Below, in pieces: positions 18,306 to 27,993 of a stretch of 64,000 nt of DNA (its first letter is position 1; each line of letters starts with the position of its first letter). A program made the translations under genes and the position numbers. The stretch covers positions 13,543 through 77,542 of the forward strand of contig JAGYNZ010000002.1 of the NCBI GenBank assembly GCA_018399745.1, written 5' to 3'. The notes beneath the pieces are model-generated. The model saw only the letters and a list, made by a program, of their open reading frames with translations, did not search any database and was not told where the DNA came from. The DNA is from Deltaproteobacteria bacterium. GTDB taxonomy: Bacteria; Desulfobacterota; Dissulfuribacteria; Dissulfuribacterales; UBA3076.

Positions 18306-20778
18306 TCACTTTTCTAATTCTTTTTTGACGGCAATTCCGATCTTTTTCAGAGTGTAAGGTTTCCTGACATACTGTCCCGCCCCCAGACGTTGAGCCTTTT
18401 TCAATCGTTCTGTTTCGGAAAAACCGCTCGTGATGATTGCCTTCTGGCCCGGATGTAGCTTGAGGATTTCGCGGTAGGTATCGAGTCCATCCATACCAGA
18501 GTCCATGATCATGTCCAGGACAACCAGATCAACGCACTGATTTTTCAGATATTCAAAAGCTTCCTCCCCACTCGCGACAGTTTCCACTGAATAGTTTAGG
18601 CTGGAAAGCATATTGGCGGCTATCTCCCTCTGATCTTTTATGTCGTCGACTACTAAAATGGACTCCCGTTGGCCCGTAAGGTCTTCTAAGGAAAGGCCGG
18701 GTGGTGTTTTTTCAAATTTTCTCCTCGTTACAGGAAAGTACAGGGTGAACGTAGTCCCTTTTCCGTCCCTGCTTTGCACATCAATATAACCCTTGTGGTC
18801 CTTTACCGTTCCCCACACAACAGACATGCCCAGCCCTGTTCCACTCCTTCCCATTTTCTTTTTCGTGTAGAAAGGCTCAAAGATCCTTCCAATATCGTCC
18901 CGGGAGATACCTGTTCCCGTGTCTTCTACCACAAGAACCACATAATCGCCTTCGTTGACCTCGTCGTAACCAGTCACCGGCCTGTCAATGTATCTGTTTT
19001 CTGTAGAAATACGTATTTTTCCACCATCAGCCATAGCCTCGGCCGCATTGGACACCAGGTTCATAAGGGTCTTGGAGAGATGTACAGGTGATCCTGATAA
19101 GTTCAGCAGGTCCGAATCCATGCTGATCTTCACTTCCACACCTGGATGATGCGAAATCAAGCGATCGTATTCCGGGCTTCTAATATAACCTGAAACTATA
19201 TCGTTGAGATTCACTACCTCACTGTGAGTCACCCCCCCTTCGCGCCAGGGTCAGTAAATCCTGCACTATGGCGGCTGCCTTTTTCCCCGCACCCTGTATG
19301 GTCATAATCGGCTTTCTTAAAGGACTATCTTCAGGCAACTGCATGAGCAGCAGATCGGGATAGCTTACGATTCCGGAAAGGACATTGTTGAGATCGTGGG
19401 CTACTCCTCCTGCAAGAGTTCCTATAGCCTCCATCTTCTCTGCCCTCTGGAGACGCACTTCAAGTTCGGACCTTTCTTTTTCAACCTGCTTTCTCTCTGA
19501 TAGATCTATGATAATGCCTCTCAAGCCTGCGGGTTTTCCCTGTCGCAGAATCAGATTCGAATGTATCAAGACCGGGAATGTGCTCCCGTCTTTTCTTAGC
19601 GCTGTGTATTCTATACCGCCCAAGGTCCTGCCGCTTAAAATTGCCGTGATATTCTTCATTGCCCTTTCCCGATCATCAGATACCAGCATTTCAAGGGCAT
19701 TTAAGCCTTCTTTGAAGTCTTTATCACTATAGCCGAACTCCTTGAAGGCATTGAGATTTGTGAATTTGAGCTCGCCTTCTTCATCGGTCTCAAAGACGAC
19801 TTGAGGTAATGAATCAGCCAGCTCTTTATACTTCATTTCGCTTTCTCGCAGTGCCTCCTTGGTCCTTGTGAGTTCGGTTATCGGTGTAACGCTGGAACGG
19901 ACACCTACAATCTGGTCTTCTTTCCAGATAGGCGCGCAATAAGCCAGCACATCAATACTATTTCCATCTTTACATTTTACTTGGAATTCACCGGGTTCTT
20001 GGGTTTCTTTTTTTAGAAGCCAGAGAAATTGTCCTTTGAATTTTTCCTCCTGTGCGGGGAATATCTGGTCTGCATATAAGCCCCTTTCCAGATCAGTTTG
20101 AGAAAAGCCTAACAATTCTAATCCATATGTATTGACGTAGGTAAACCGCCCATTGGTGTCATGCTCACAGACAATGGTAGGCAAAAGTTCCACAGTCTCC
20201 CTGAATCTTTCTTCGCTTGCACAAATAGCCGCCTCATAGTCAAGCTGCCTCTGGCGATCAAGCCCCATGGTGGCAACTATCTCCGCGTAAGTAGTGAGGA
20301 AACCAAGGATTATGGGGAGTCTCTGTTCGTCGATAATAGGCACCTCGCTTAAGGCTTCAAGATATGCCTTTTCCTCAAAGCAATATTGAGCTGCCTGAGC
20401 CCGGAAAAAGTTCAAATCAGGCGGTTCGAGTAGAAACTGTCCTGCAAAGGCATTGGCTATGTGGTTTTTTTCTATAATGATAGGCGATGCGGCATCAGTC
20501 AGGCCGTTGAGACAACGATACATGGAGAACCTTTGATTTTTTTGCAAGGCATTGGCCATTCGTGTGTCACTATTGATGCATCTCGTAAGGGTTTTCTGAT
20601 TAACTCGATGGAAATCTGTGCAGATTCTTTGCCATCTGGAGCCCACCATTATTTCGCCCTCAAGGTCGATGATTGCAGCTGCAATTCCCACTGCGTCACA
20701 GAAACTGTCGAGAAGCCTTTGGCTCTTGTCAACATCAATAAGTTCTTTAAGCCTGTAACGTTCTTTTTTTTCTGCCAT
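18306..20778 (-). pseudogene. hybrid sensor histidine kinase (PocR-PAS-PAS-HisKA-HATPase-REC) interrupted by a frameshift in a G7 run
   Basis: ORF 19219-20778 carries a PocR-like sensor, two PAS domains and the H-box (GGVAHDLNN), and ends ...LLTLARRGGDSQ*. ORF 18306-19232 continues in the -1 frame with THSEVVNLNDIV, the N/G1/G2 boxes and a receiver domain. The junction is CCCCCCC at 19232-19238 on the + strand. Confidence 0.8.
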
Positions 20779-21063
20779 CTGTTCAGACTCCAGCCTTAAG
20801 TGTCTTCAACTCTAATGGAGCAGGTATCGCGGAGAAGACGATGAATGAAACAGGGAAAAACCTGGTCCCGGGAAAACACCATATAGAATATTAATCGACA
20901 GATTATATGATCTGATTAACATAAAAAGGAGGGGGCCTGTTTTGGGATATTATGCCAGTTTCACCGCAGATTCTCTTGGCCCGTTAATCTGCCAGCACTA
21001 GCGAATTAAATCAGGAATTTGTTTTTCGGCAAAAGATTGATGCATGACCATAATTACCTGTCT

Positions 21064-21079
21064 TGGTACAGACTTTGCT
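21064..21079 (+). promoter_or_regulatory. sigma-54 (-24/-12) promoter
   Basis: TGGTACAGACTTTGCT compared with the consensus TGGCAC-N5-TTGCW. GG and GC have the exact spacing. It lies 44 nt upstream of ATG 21123. Confidence 0.55.
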
Positions 21080-21122
21080 GATTAAGACGCGAAGAGTAAC
21101 TATTCTACAGGAGGCAGCAACC

Positions 21123-23528
21123 ATGAGCATCAATAATCGCGAGCCCGGTGCCGATGCCAGCGATTTTTCCATGAAATCCAGATCAGGCAAATTCTTGGGC
21201 AAAAATTCCGACGTCCAAAAAAATTTACATAAAAATTTGTTAAAGACTAAAAACATTTGCTTTTTCATCATATTACATATGATTTTCCTGCCCGGTCTCG
21301 CACTCGGGGGAGGAACCGCTGTTATATCATGGGACTCCAATACAGAGCCTGATATTTCATCATATAAGGTGTTTTATGGTACAGGCAGCGGGAATTACTC
21401 AGACTGCGTTACGGTGAATTCTACTGAGACCTCATGCCAAATCATTGACTTGCTGGAGGGAAACACCTACTATTTTGCCGTAAAGGCAGTAGACATGTCC
21501 GGACAGGAAAGTGAATTTTCTTCTGAGGTCTATAAATATATTCCAGTCCCGAATATCTCTCCGGTTGCAAATATACAGGTAAATGCAAACCAGGGCATAG
21601 CCCCATTTGAAGTAATTCTGGATGCGAGCTTATCTTCAGATGCTGATGGTGAAATAGTTCTGTATTCATGGCAATTCGGTGATGGCTCATCCGGGAACGG
21701 TGTTACTACTTCACATATCTATGATACACCGGGCACATATACAGCCAGTCTGACTGTTACCGACAATGCAGGGGCCTCGGATACGGAGACATTACAGATC
21801 GAAGTCATTTGCAACCAGCCTCCTGAAGCGTCTATGGTACTCAGCAGGGTCAGCGGTTATGCACCGTTAGCTGTAGATTTTGATGCAAGCGGTTCAACTG
21901 ATAGCGACGGCAGTATTGTAGAATATAATTGGGACTTTGGCGACGAAGCAGCCGGCAGTGGATCGACTGTTTCTCACACTTATAGTAATACAGGTTCCTA
22001 TACAATCACCTTATCGGTAACCGATGATAAAGGTGCTGTGGATGTCGCTACTGCGGCAATAGAGGTACGGCAGGGGTACCAATATACCTGGCATTTCGGT
22101 AATGGTCCGGATGCGGATTTTCAAGGAACTGTAGAAGATACCTATATCAATCTGAACGATCAGAACTATTCAGATAATGAAACCCTGAGGTTGTATACCT
22201 GGCCTACGGACGAGGCGGCGAATGTAATCATCATGAAATGGGATCTTTCAGCCATTCCGGGTGATGCAGAGATAAGAGAGGCCATGGTACAGCTCTTCAT
22301 GTCCGATATGGAATCGGATGGTGGCGACGACCCGTACGACGTATCGGCACATCGTATAATCAACCACGACCCCGTAATTTCTCTCTGTAGCGGTTTGACA
22401 TACGACGGTGTCAACGGGTGGACCACTGGTGAGGACAATATTACCCTTGCACAATCTGATATAGCTTTCGAAGAAAGCATCGTTCCAGTGGATAAAATCC
22501 ATGAATACAAGTCATGGGATGTCCCTGATATGGTCCAGTACTGGATATCAACGCCTACAGAAAATTACGGATTACTCATCAATGCAGACAAAACTGCCAG
22601 TGCAGACAGTAACCGTTACTTTACCTCCAGCGAAGACGAAGATGGCACTAGACGCCCGAAACTCATTGTAACTTTTGTGACGGGTGAGCCGATCAACCTG
22701 CCGCCAATGGCCAAGATGATTGCAGAACCAATCAGCGGTCAGGCCCCACTCCTTGTGAGTTTCGACGCCAGCACCGCGCAGGATCCAGAAGGCTCGATCG
22801 CAGGTTATCAATGGGACTTCGGCGACGGTACCGGCGGTGAGGGCGCACAAATTTTCCATACTTATCAGGACCCGGGTATCTATAGCGCAAAACTCACTGT
22901 TACAGACGATCAGGGAGCTACTGATTCAATCCTCATGGAAATCAGTGTGACATCAAACAGTGCGCCTGCAGCCGTTATAGATGGCTGGCCTTTAAGCGGC
23001 TATGTACCTTTGACAGTAAGCCTGAACGCGAGTGGTTCGAGCGATAGTGATGGGTCCATAGTAAATTATAACTGGGACTTTGGTGATAATTCCAGCCAGA
23101 CCGGAATTGAAGCGGAACATATCTATAATACTTCCGGTAACCATGTGGTCACTCTGACTGTAACGGATGATAACGGGGCAACAGGGACCGCCACAGTGAC
23201 AGTGCAAGTGGCTGCCAACAGTCCACCGGAAATTCTGGATTTTTCTGCAAGCCCGACAGAATTTGACAATCCTCCCGGCAAGGTGACCTTCTCTTGTTCA
23301 GCTGTGGATAACGACAATGACAGCCTTTCATACAGCCTGGACTTCGGCGACGGCAAGATCACTGACGGCCTTCCCGTATCGCACAACTATACTGCGGCAG
23401 CTACATATGAGGCAGTACTTACTGTTGCTGATGATTATGGTAATGAAGTGAGCCAGTCGGTAACCATAGTGGTAAATAATTTGAGACCAAATGCCCCGAG
23501 AAATGTAAAGGTGGTACTCAAGGACTGA
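21123..23528 (+). CDS. secreted FN3 / 5x PKD / DNRLRE-like domain surface protein
   Basis: AGGAGG precedes ATG 21123. A hydrophobic signal/anchor is followed by an FN3-like module (YKVFYGT...YYFAVKAVD). Five PKD repeats follow the pattern W.FGDG...H.Y...G.Y...LTVTDD.GA.D. The central segment (LRLYTWPT...IIMKWDLS...YGLLINAD) looks like a DNRLRE domain. Confidence 0.8.
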   Translation: MSINNREPGADASDFSMKSRSGKFLGKNSDVQKNLHKNLLKTKNICFFIILHMIFLPGLALGGGTAVISWDSNTEPDISSYKVFYGTGSGNYSDCVTVNSTETSCQIIDLLEGNTYYFAVKAVDMSGQESEFSSEVYKYIPVPNISPVANIQVNANQGIAPFEVILDASLSSDADGEIVLYSWQFGDGSSGNGVTTSHIYDTPGTYTASLTVTDNAGASDTETLQIEVICNQPPEASMVLSRVSGYAPLAVDFDASGSTDSDGSIVEYNWDFGDEAAGSGSTVSHTYSNTGSYTITLSVTDDKGAVDVATAAIEVRQGYQYTWHFGNGPDADFQGTVEDTYINLNDQNYSDNETLRLYTWPTDEAANVIIMKWDLSAIPGDAEIREAMVQLFMSDMESDGGDDPYDVSAHRIINHDPVISLCSGLTYDGVNGWTTGEDNITLAQSDIAFEESIVPVDKIHEYKSWDVPDMVQYWISTPTENYGLLINADKTASADSNRYFTSSEDEDGTRRPKLIVTFVTGEPINLPPMAKMIAEPISGQAPLLVSFDASTAQDPEGSIAGYQWDFGDGTGGEGAQIFHTYQDPGIYSAKLTVTDDQGATDSILMEISVTSNSAPAAVIDGWPLSGYVPLTVSLNASGSSDSDGSIVNYNWDFGDNSSQTGIEAEHIYNTSGNHVVTLTVTDDNGATGTATVTVQVAANSPPEILDFSASPTEFDNPPGKVTFSCSAVDNDNDSLSYSLDFGDGKITDGLPVSHNYTAAATYEAVLTVADDYGNEVSQSVTIVVNNLRPNAPRNVKVVLKD

Positions 23529-23556
23529 CAGAGTAGATAAAATCAGGATGACTGAA

Positions 23557-23591
23557 GGTCCGGCCCTGTAATCAGAGGCCGGACTTTTTTT
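23557..23591 (+). terminator. rho-independent terminator
   Basis: GGTCCGGCC (23557-23565), 11-nt loop, GGCCGGAC (23577-23584; its 8 nt pair with 23558-23565), followed by TTTTTTT. Confidence 0.8.
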
Positions 23592-23671
23592 CTGGTTTCG
23601 TTTTGAAACCTCAATCTTTATAGCCATCCGTGTCTAAATGGTTAAGTAAAATGTAAAAGCTTACCGACATT

Positions 23672-24601
23672 TTAATATTGTAATGCTATAAACCAGGCCA
23701 TGATCGGCACAAGGCAGGTGATCACTCCTATAAAATAGTCCGATCTAAGAGAAGGAAGGCCTGAGATCTTTAATAGTTGACCTGCGATCAGTCCCAGGAT
23801 AAGACCCGACATAAAGCCGAAAAGGTGTGCTCCGATATCCGTATGCTCACCATGGGTGCCTAAAAATCCGAGGAGTGCAAGTCCCGCTCCTAAAGGTACA
23901 GCACAGTCTTTAAAAGAAAGGCGTCTTGCAGTGAGTGTCTGAAGTGCTATTATTACACCCAATGCCCCAAAAATAGCGGTAGAAGATCCGATTGCACTGT
24001 GGGCCCCCCCATGCGCCAGGGCATTAATCAAATTTCCAAGTATACCTGATAAGAGGGTTATCCACCATCCAAGGCCGGTGCCCAAAAGGCTGCAAAGCCA
24101 AACCATTAATAGCCCGCCCATCATCATGTTTCCAAGTAAATGTGGAGGGTCTGTATGCAGGGTCAGTGCAGTAACCAGGCGCCACCATTGGCCGTCATGA
24201 AGAATGCGGTCCACATCTCCGCTGCCGATCCGAATTAATTGCTCTCTCCAGTTCTCTGAAAAGGAAAAACTGAATATCGCGGTTAGTATGAGCACGGTCC
24301 AAAGGGTAGATTGCGCATTAGCATACCATGGAGCAACTTCAAATTTCAAAGGCCATGCTTCATTCTCATTCTCATATTTTTCAAGTTCGTCAGCCGCAAG
24401 GTTTTCATACTCCGGAGCGACTGCTATCCTGTAACCATATGCCGAGTGAATTATCTTATGAGGTATATTACGGGAAGTCAGCACCAGCGACCAGATTTCC
24501 GCCTGCCCCTTAGGCACAGGCCTGTTTAGATATCTTTTCAGCAAGGCTGAATGGCCAAACAGATCCTGAGGTTCAGCCGTGCTTTCATTATGTTCATTCA
24601 T
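23672..24601 (-). CDS. rhomboid family intramembrane serine protease
   Basis: Multi-TM C-terminal half with HLLGNMM, the catalytic GSSTAIFGALG and a downstream HLFGF. I prefer the start at MNEHN (24601) because the 5' extension of the ORF runs into a repeated intergenic element. Confidence 0.8.
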   Translation of the reverse strand: MNEHNESTAEPQDLFGHSALLKRYLNRPVPKGQAEIWSLVLTSRNIPHKIIHSAYGYRIAVAPEYENLAADELEKYENENEAWPLKFEVAPWYANAQSTLWTVLILTAIFSFSFSENWREQLIRIGSGDVDRILHDGQWWRLVTALTLHTDPPHLLGNMMMGGLLMVWLCSLLGTGLGWWITLLSGILGNLINALAHGGAHSAIGSSTAIFGALGVIIALQTLTARRLSFKDCAVPLGAGLALLGFLGTHGEHTDIGAHLFGFMSGLILGLIAGQLLKISGLPSLRSDYFIGVITCLVPIMAWFIALQY

Positions 24602-24621
24602 AAATAAAGGGGCAAATCGAC

Positions 24622-24654
24622 ATCCTTCACGACAGGTCAAAAGTAGTTTATACT
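24622..24654 (+). repeat. 33-nt dispersed element, copy 1 (promoter-like)
   Basis: ATCCTTCACGACAGGTCAAAAGTAGTTTATACT is 30/33 identical to 36675-36707. It contains TTCACG-N17-TATACT. Confidence 0.7.
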
Positions 24655-24722
24655 TTGTTGATTACGTATTTTGACAGCGAAATTTGAAAACGGAAAAACT
24701 AACTATACTCCAAGTCTAAATT

Positions 24723-26174
24723 GTGGACAATAAAGTGTACATAGATTGCCGGGAAGCCGAACAGACATCGGATGGTCTTTCGTGCCGAATTAGGCGAGCA
24801 GGTGGCTCACTGACGGGCTGGATCTGGTCAACTCCTGAACCTGATGAGCAAAAATGGTTGACGTTAATAAGGATAATCATAAGGATTAATCTTATAGTGT
24901 TCCGGGAATTCCAGCATGACTTCATAACCCTCAGGGCGAGTGCCCTGACCTTCACGGTGGTCCTGTCCCTTGTTCCCATGCTCGCCTTGGGTACTGCGGT
25001 CCTAAAGGGTTTGGGCGCCGGAGACCAGATGCGTGAAGTTGCTTACAAATTTATTGACCAGCTTGATATGTCTGTAAACCCGGCCGAAGAAAGTGAGGAA
25101 CAAATCACCCCTGCCGGCGGCCCTGTTCCTGCTCTGCAACCTGACAGAGACACGGCGAAAGCACCAGATCCTGCCCCAAACAGCCTCATTACTCATCTTC
25201 GAAGAGCAGTAGACCAGGTCTTTGATTATGTGGACCGCACCAACTTCGCCACCTTGGGTGCCTTTGGAATCCTGGGGGTTATGATTGCATCGATTTTTGT
25301 CCTGGGCAGCATCGAGCAGGCCATGAACGCCATCTGGCAGGCAGAGAGAAGCCGGCCAATCGGCCGGAAGGTTATGGACTATCTGGCCCTTATGATCCTG
25401 CTTCCGATAAGCATAAATACAGTAATGGCCGCAATGGCGACTCTTCAGAGCCAGGCCCTGCTGGTCAGGCTTCAGGGAATACTGCCTGGAACCTGGATAG
25501 CCTCTTTCCTCCTGAACTTGGTCCCTTTAATATTATTGATAGCCACTTTCATTATACTGTACAGGTTTCTTCCAAATACCAAGGTGAAATTTTTCCCCGC
25601 CTTTGTGGGTGGGGTCTGCGGAGGGATAGGCTGGCTCCTGATACAGGTCATCTATATAAAACTTCAGATAGGTGTGTCCCGTTACAACGCCATCTATGGC
25701 TCCTTTGCCACTCTGCCGCTCTTCCTGATTTGGATGCACGTGTGCTGGGTAGTCTTTCTGTCTGGTGCGGAAATGGCCTTTGCCGTTCAAGTCTGGCGCA
25801 GTTATCTGTGGAAAGACGCAATGCTTAATCCGAGCATTCGGCTGGCCCTTGCCTTTGACATTATGGAAACAACCCTGGCCGATTTTCATGAAAGACGGGT
25901 TACAGACCGGACCAGCCTTGCAAGGCGTCTCAACCAACCGGATTCTTATATAGTAAGCGTCCTTGAGAGTCTCTTTAGTAGGGGCCTGCTAAGGAGAGTC
26001 GACGGTGAAAAGGATCGATTCGTACCCGCAGCGCCGGCCGAAGAAATTGATTCTGCGGAGATTGTTGATCTTATCTATGGCACAGAAGTGCCTTCTTCTC
26101 CAGGAGGCCTTATGGCAAAAAAGGGTCTTAAGGCAGCAAGGTCTGCCCTGGCTGAGGAAAGAATGATACATTGA
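24723..26174 (+). CDS. YihY/BrkB family membrane protein
   Basis: LRASALTFTVVLSLVPMLAL followed by 5-6 TM segments. An extra C-terminal soluble extension of about 100 aa. The start codon is uncertain (GTG 24723 in the ORF track). Confidence 0.75.
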   Translation: MDNKVYIDCREAEQTSDGLSCRIRRAGGSLTGWIWSTPEPDEQKWLTLIRIIIRINLIVFREFQHDFITLRASALTFTVVLSLVPMLALGTAVLKGLGAGDQMREVAYKFIDQLDMSVNPAEESEEQITPAGGPVPALQPDRDTAKAPDPAPNSLITHLRRAVDQVFDYVDRTNFATLGAFGILGVMIASIFVLGSIEQAMNAIWQAERSRPIGRKVMDYLALMILLPISINTVMAAMATLQSQALLVRLQGILPGTWIASFLLNLVPLILLIATFIILYRFLPNTKVKFFPAFVGGVCGGIGWLLIQVIYIKLQIGVSRYNAIYGSFATLPLFLIWMHVCWVVFLSGAEMAFAVQVWRSYLWKDAMLNPSIRLALAFDIMETTLADFHERRVTDRTSLARRLNQPDSYIVSVLESLFSRGLLRRVDGEKDRFVPAAPAEEIDSAEIVDLIYGTEVPSSPGGLMAKKGLKAARSALAEERMIH

Positions 26175-26845
26175 GAGACATGATCAGATCCATATTGTTC
26201 GACATGGACGGGGTAATTCTCGACAGCATGCCCTATCACGTCAGGTCCTGGCAGGAGGCCCTTATTGAGCGAGGGTTTTCAGTGTCTGCAGAGCTGCTTT
26301 ACCTCCACGAGGGTGCAATTGATCTGAACACGGCCGCGGCGATCTTCAGGGGCAATAATCGTTTCATAGATGCCGATGTGTTCCGTGAGATACTGGGGCG
26401 TCAGATGGATATACTCGCCACCCGTTACCAGCCCTTGATCAAGCCGTTTCCAGCGGTGTTGCAGATCCTGAAGCGGCTCAGAGAAGCCGGGTGGCAACTT
26501 GCCCTGGTCACAAGCTCTCACGTGGAAATCCTCAAAAAGGTCCTCCCGCCCGAGATCAAAAGTTATATGGACCACATTATAACCGGAGACCAGGTCAGCA
26601 GGAGAAAACCATTTCCGGATCCATTTCTGGCTGCCCTTTCAGCCCTTGGGCAGGGTCCGGAGGCGTGCCTTGTGGTGGAAAACGCCCCTTCCGGCATCTC
26701 GGCTGCCAAGGCCGCCGCCATTCAATGTGTCGCCCTTACCACCACCCTTTCGGAAGAATACCTGTCTGGGGCCGACGCAGTATTCAACTCACATGCCGAG
26801 CTAAGTGATTATCTTTTTAGACGGCGGCCGGGGCGGGGCGAATAA
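26171..26845 (+). CDS. HAD-superfamily hydrolase (beta-phosphoglucomutase-like subfamily)
   Basis: Motif I ILFDMDGVILDS, motif II LVTSS, motif III/IV K...VVENAPSG. Overlaps the yihY stop by 4 nt. Confidence 0.8.
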   Translation: MRDMIRSILFDMDGVILDSMPYHVRSWQEALIERGFSVSAELLYLHEGAIDLNTAAAIFRGNNRFIDADVFREILGRQMDILATRYQPLIKPFPAVLQILKRLREAGWQLALVTSSHVEILKKVLPPEIKSYMDHIITGDQVSRRKPFPDPFLAALSALGQGPEACLVVENAPSGISAAKAAAIQCVALTTTLSEEYLSGADAVFNSHAELSDYLFRRRPGRGE

Positions 26846-26918
26846 AAGAAAGGCCTGAGATAAACAAGGCCAATATTTTTCAGCAATATCAATAATGTTA
26901 TTCTATTCAGCTTGAAAT

Positions 26919-26960
26919 CAAAAAAAGGGAAAGGCAGGTTCATGCTGACTTTCCCTTTTC
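26919..26960. terminator. bidirectional rho-independent terminator between convergent genes
   Basis: AAAAAAAGGGAAAG, 15-nt loop, CTTTCCCTTTT. An A-run and a T-run flank the stem. It sits between the HAD gene (+) and the cytochrome gene (-). Confidence 0.75.
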
Positions 26961-26998
26961 AAAATTGTCTATTTTGCTGGTCAACCAGTCATATCTAT

Positions 26999-27910
26999 TT
27001 ACATGCGCAGATCATGTGCTATGCCGTGGCATGCATTGCACTTCGGATATTTCTGGTGTATTGCAGGATTGTGCGGCGCATCGCCATGACAATCCTGGCA
27101 GGCCATGAGTTCTTTGTGAACCGGATGACATTCTGCGCATGCCAATTCCGAATGTTTGGTCTGGTGGGTCTTAAGGTCTTCATATGGCGCTTCATGGCAT
27201 CCAGCGCATATCAGATTATTTTCTATCTCCCCTGAATAGGCGATCTGCAGAGGCTCATGAACTGGATGGCAAGCAATGCATTGCGGGGTATTCATGGTTA
27301 CCATTGGACTGTGATTTCCATGACATTCCGAACATTCAGGTATCCTGCCATGGATTTCAGAATGACATGAAGAGCAGTTTTCTTCCGTGTGTGCGCTGGG
27401 GTGCCTGGTCAGGGTCTGTGCCACCTGAGCATGGCATACCCTGCATTGCGGTTCCATATTGGATGGATCCGGGATTGCCGCTACCGGTCTGTGGGGGTCT
27501 GCATGACAATCTGCACATTTCTGAACCGCTGCGTCCTCGCCATGGGGATTCTCATGACAGGCAGCGCATTTCGGCATGATCTCAGCATAATTATTCTTTA
27601 AGGGATTATAGGCATGATAAACCTCGTGACAATCCGTACATGAAACACTGACATGCCTGCCACCCTCTTCCTTGATCCTTGTAAATTGATCCATATGGCA
27701 TTGCGCGCACTCTTGCGTGGTGAGGGGCACTACCTGAACATTATAGACGCTCCCCCCTTCAGCGACCCCTGTTGCAGCCGTCTCCTGTGCCTGAGCAGGT
27801 TCTGCGGTCTGTAAAGCCGCAGGCCGTTGCTTTACACAGCCAAAGCTTATGGCTAAAATAAGCAGAGCTACTGTTCCTATCAGCATTCCAGTCCAATTTT
27901 TTACTGTCAT
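26999..27910 (-). CDS. dodecahaem cytochrome c (polymeric c7-type), probable lipoprotein
   Basis: Twelve CxxCH motifs in 303 aa: CAQCH, CTDCH, CAACH, CADCH, CRVCH, CSSCH, CSECH, CIACH, CAGCH, CAECH, CQDCH, CNACH. Signal peptide ending AISFGC. Confidence 0.9.
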   Translation of the reverse strand: MTVKNWTGMLIGTVALLILAISFGCVKQRPAALQTAEPAQAQETAATGVAEGGSVYNVQVVPLTTQECAQCHMDQFTRIKEEGGRHVSVSCTDCHEVYHAYNPLKNNYAEIMPKCAACHENPHGEDAAVQKCADCHADPHRPVAAIPDPSNMEPQCRVCHAQVAQTLTRHPSAHTEENCSSCHSEIHGRIPECSECHGNHSPMVTMNTPQCIACHPVHEPLQIAYSGEIENNLICAGCHEAPYEDLKTHQTKHSELACAECHPVHKELMACQDCHGDAPHNPAIHQKYPKCNACHGIAHDLRM

Positions 27911-27993
27911 TGTCCTAGTCCTTTGTTCCGGGTTTTTCCTGTTAACTGAATTCCATAATTCTAAATATTTTATAATATGATCTTAATTCCACC

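Noticed and set aside
24602-24640. A 13-codon N-terminal extension (MTCREGCRFAPLF) of the rhomboid ORF.
   Set aside because: The extension is the reverse translation of the 33-nt repeated intergenic element, so the start at MNEHN (24601) is more plausible.
24611-24645. Reading the 33-nt repeat as an RpoE-type promoter (GGAACTT-N16-TCAAA) because it contains GTCAAAA.
   Set aside because: The -35-like sequences (GGCAAAT in copy 1, GGAATCC in copy 2) are poor matches. In copy 2 the spacing is about 11 nt instead of 16.
26912-27235. A 107-codon + strand ORF, plus other ORFs antisense to the two cytochrome genes (27184-27601, 28021-28743).
   Set aside because: They overlap the terminator hairpin and are mirror frames of the CxxCH-rich genes, giving His/Cys codon-complement artefacts. 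No independent signals support them.
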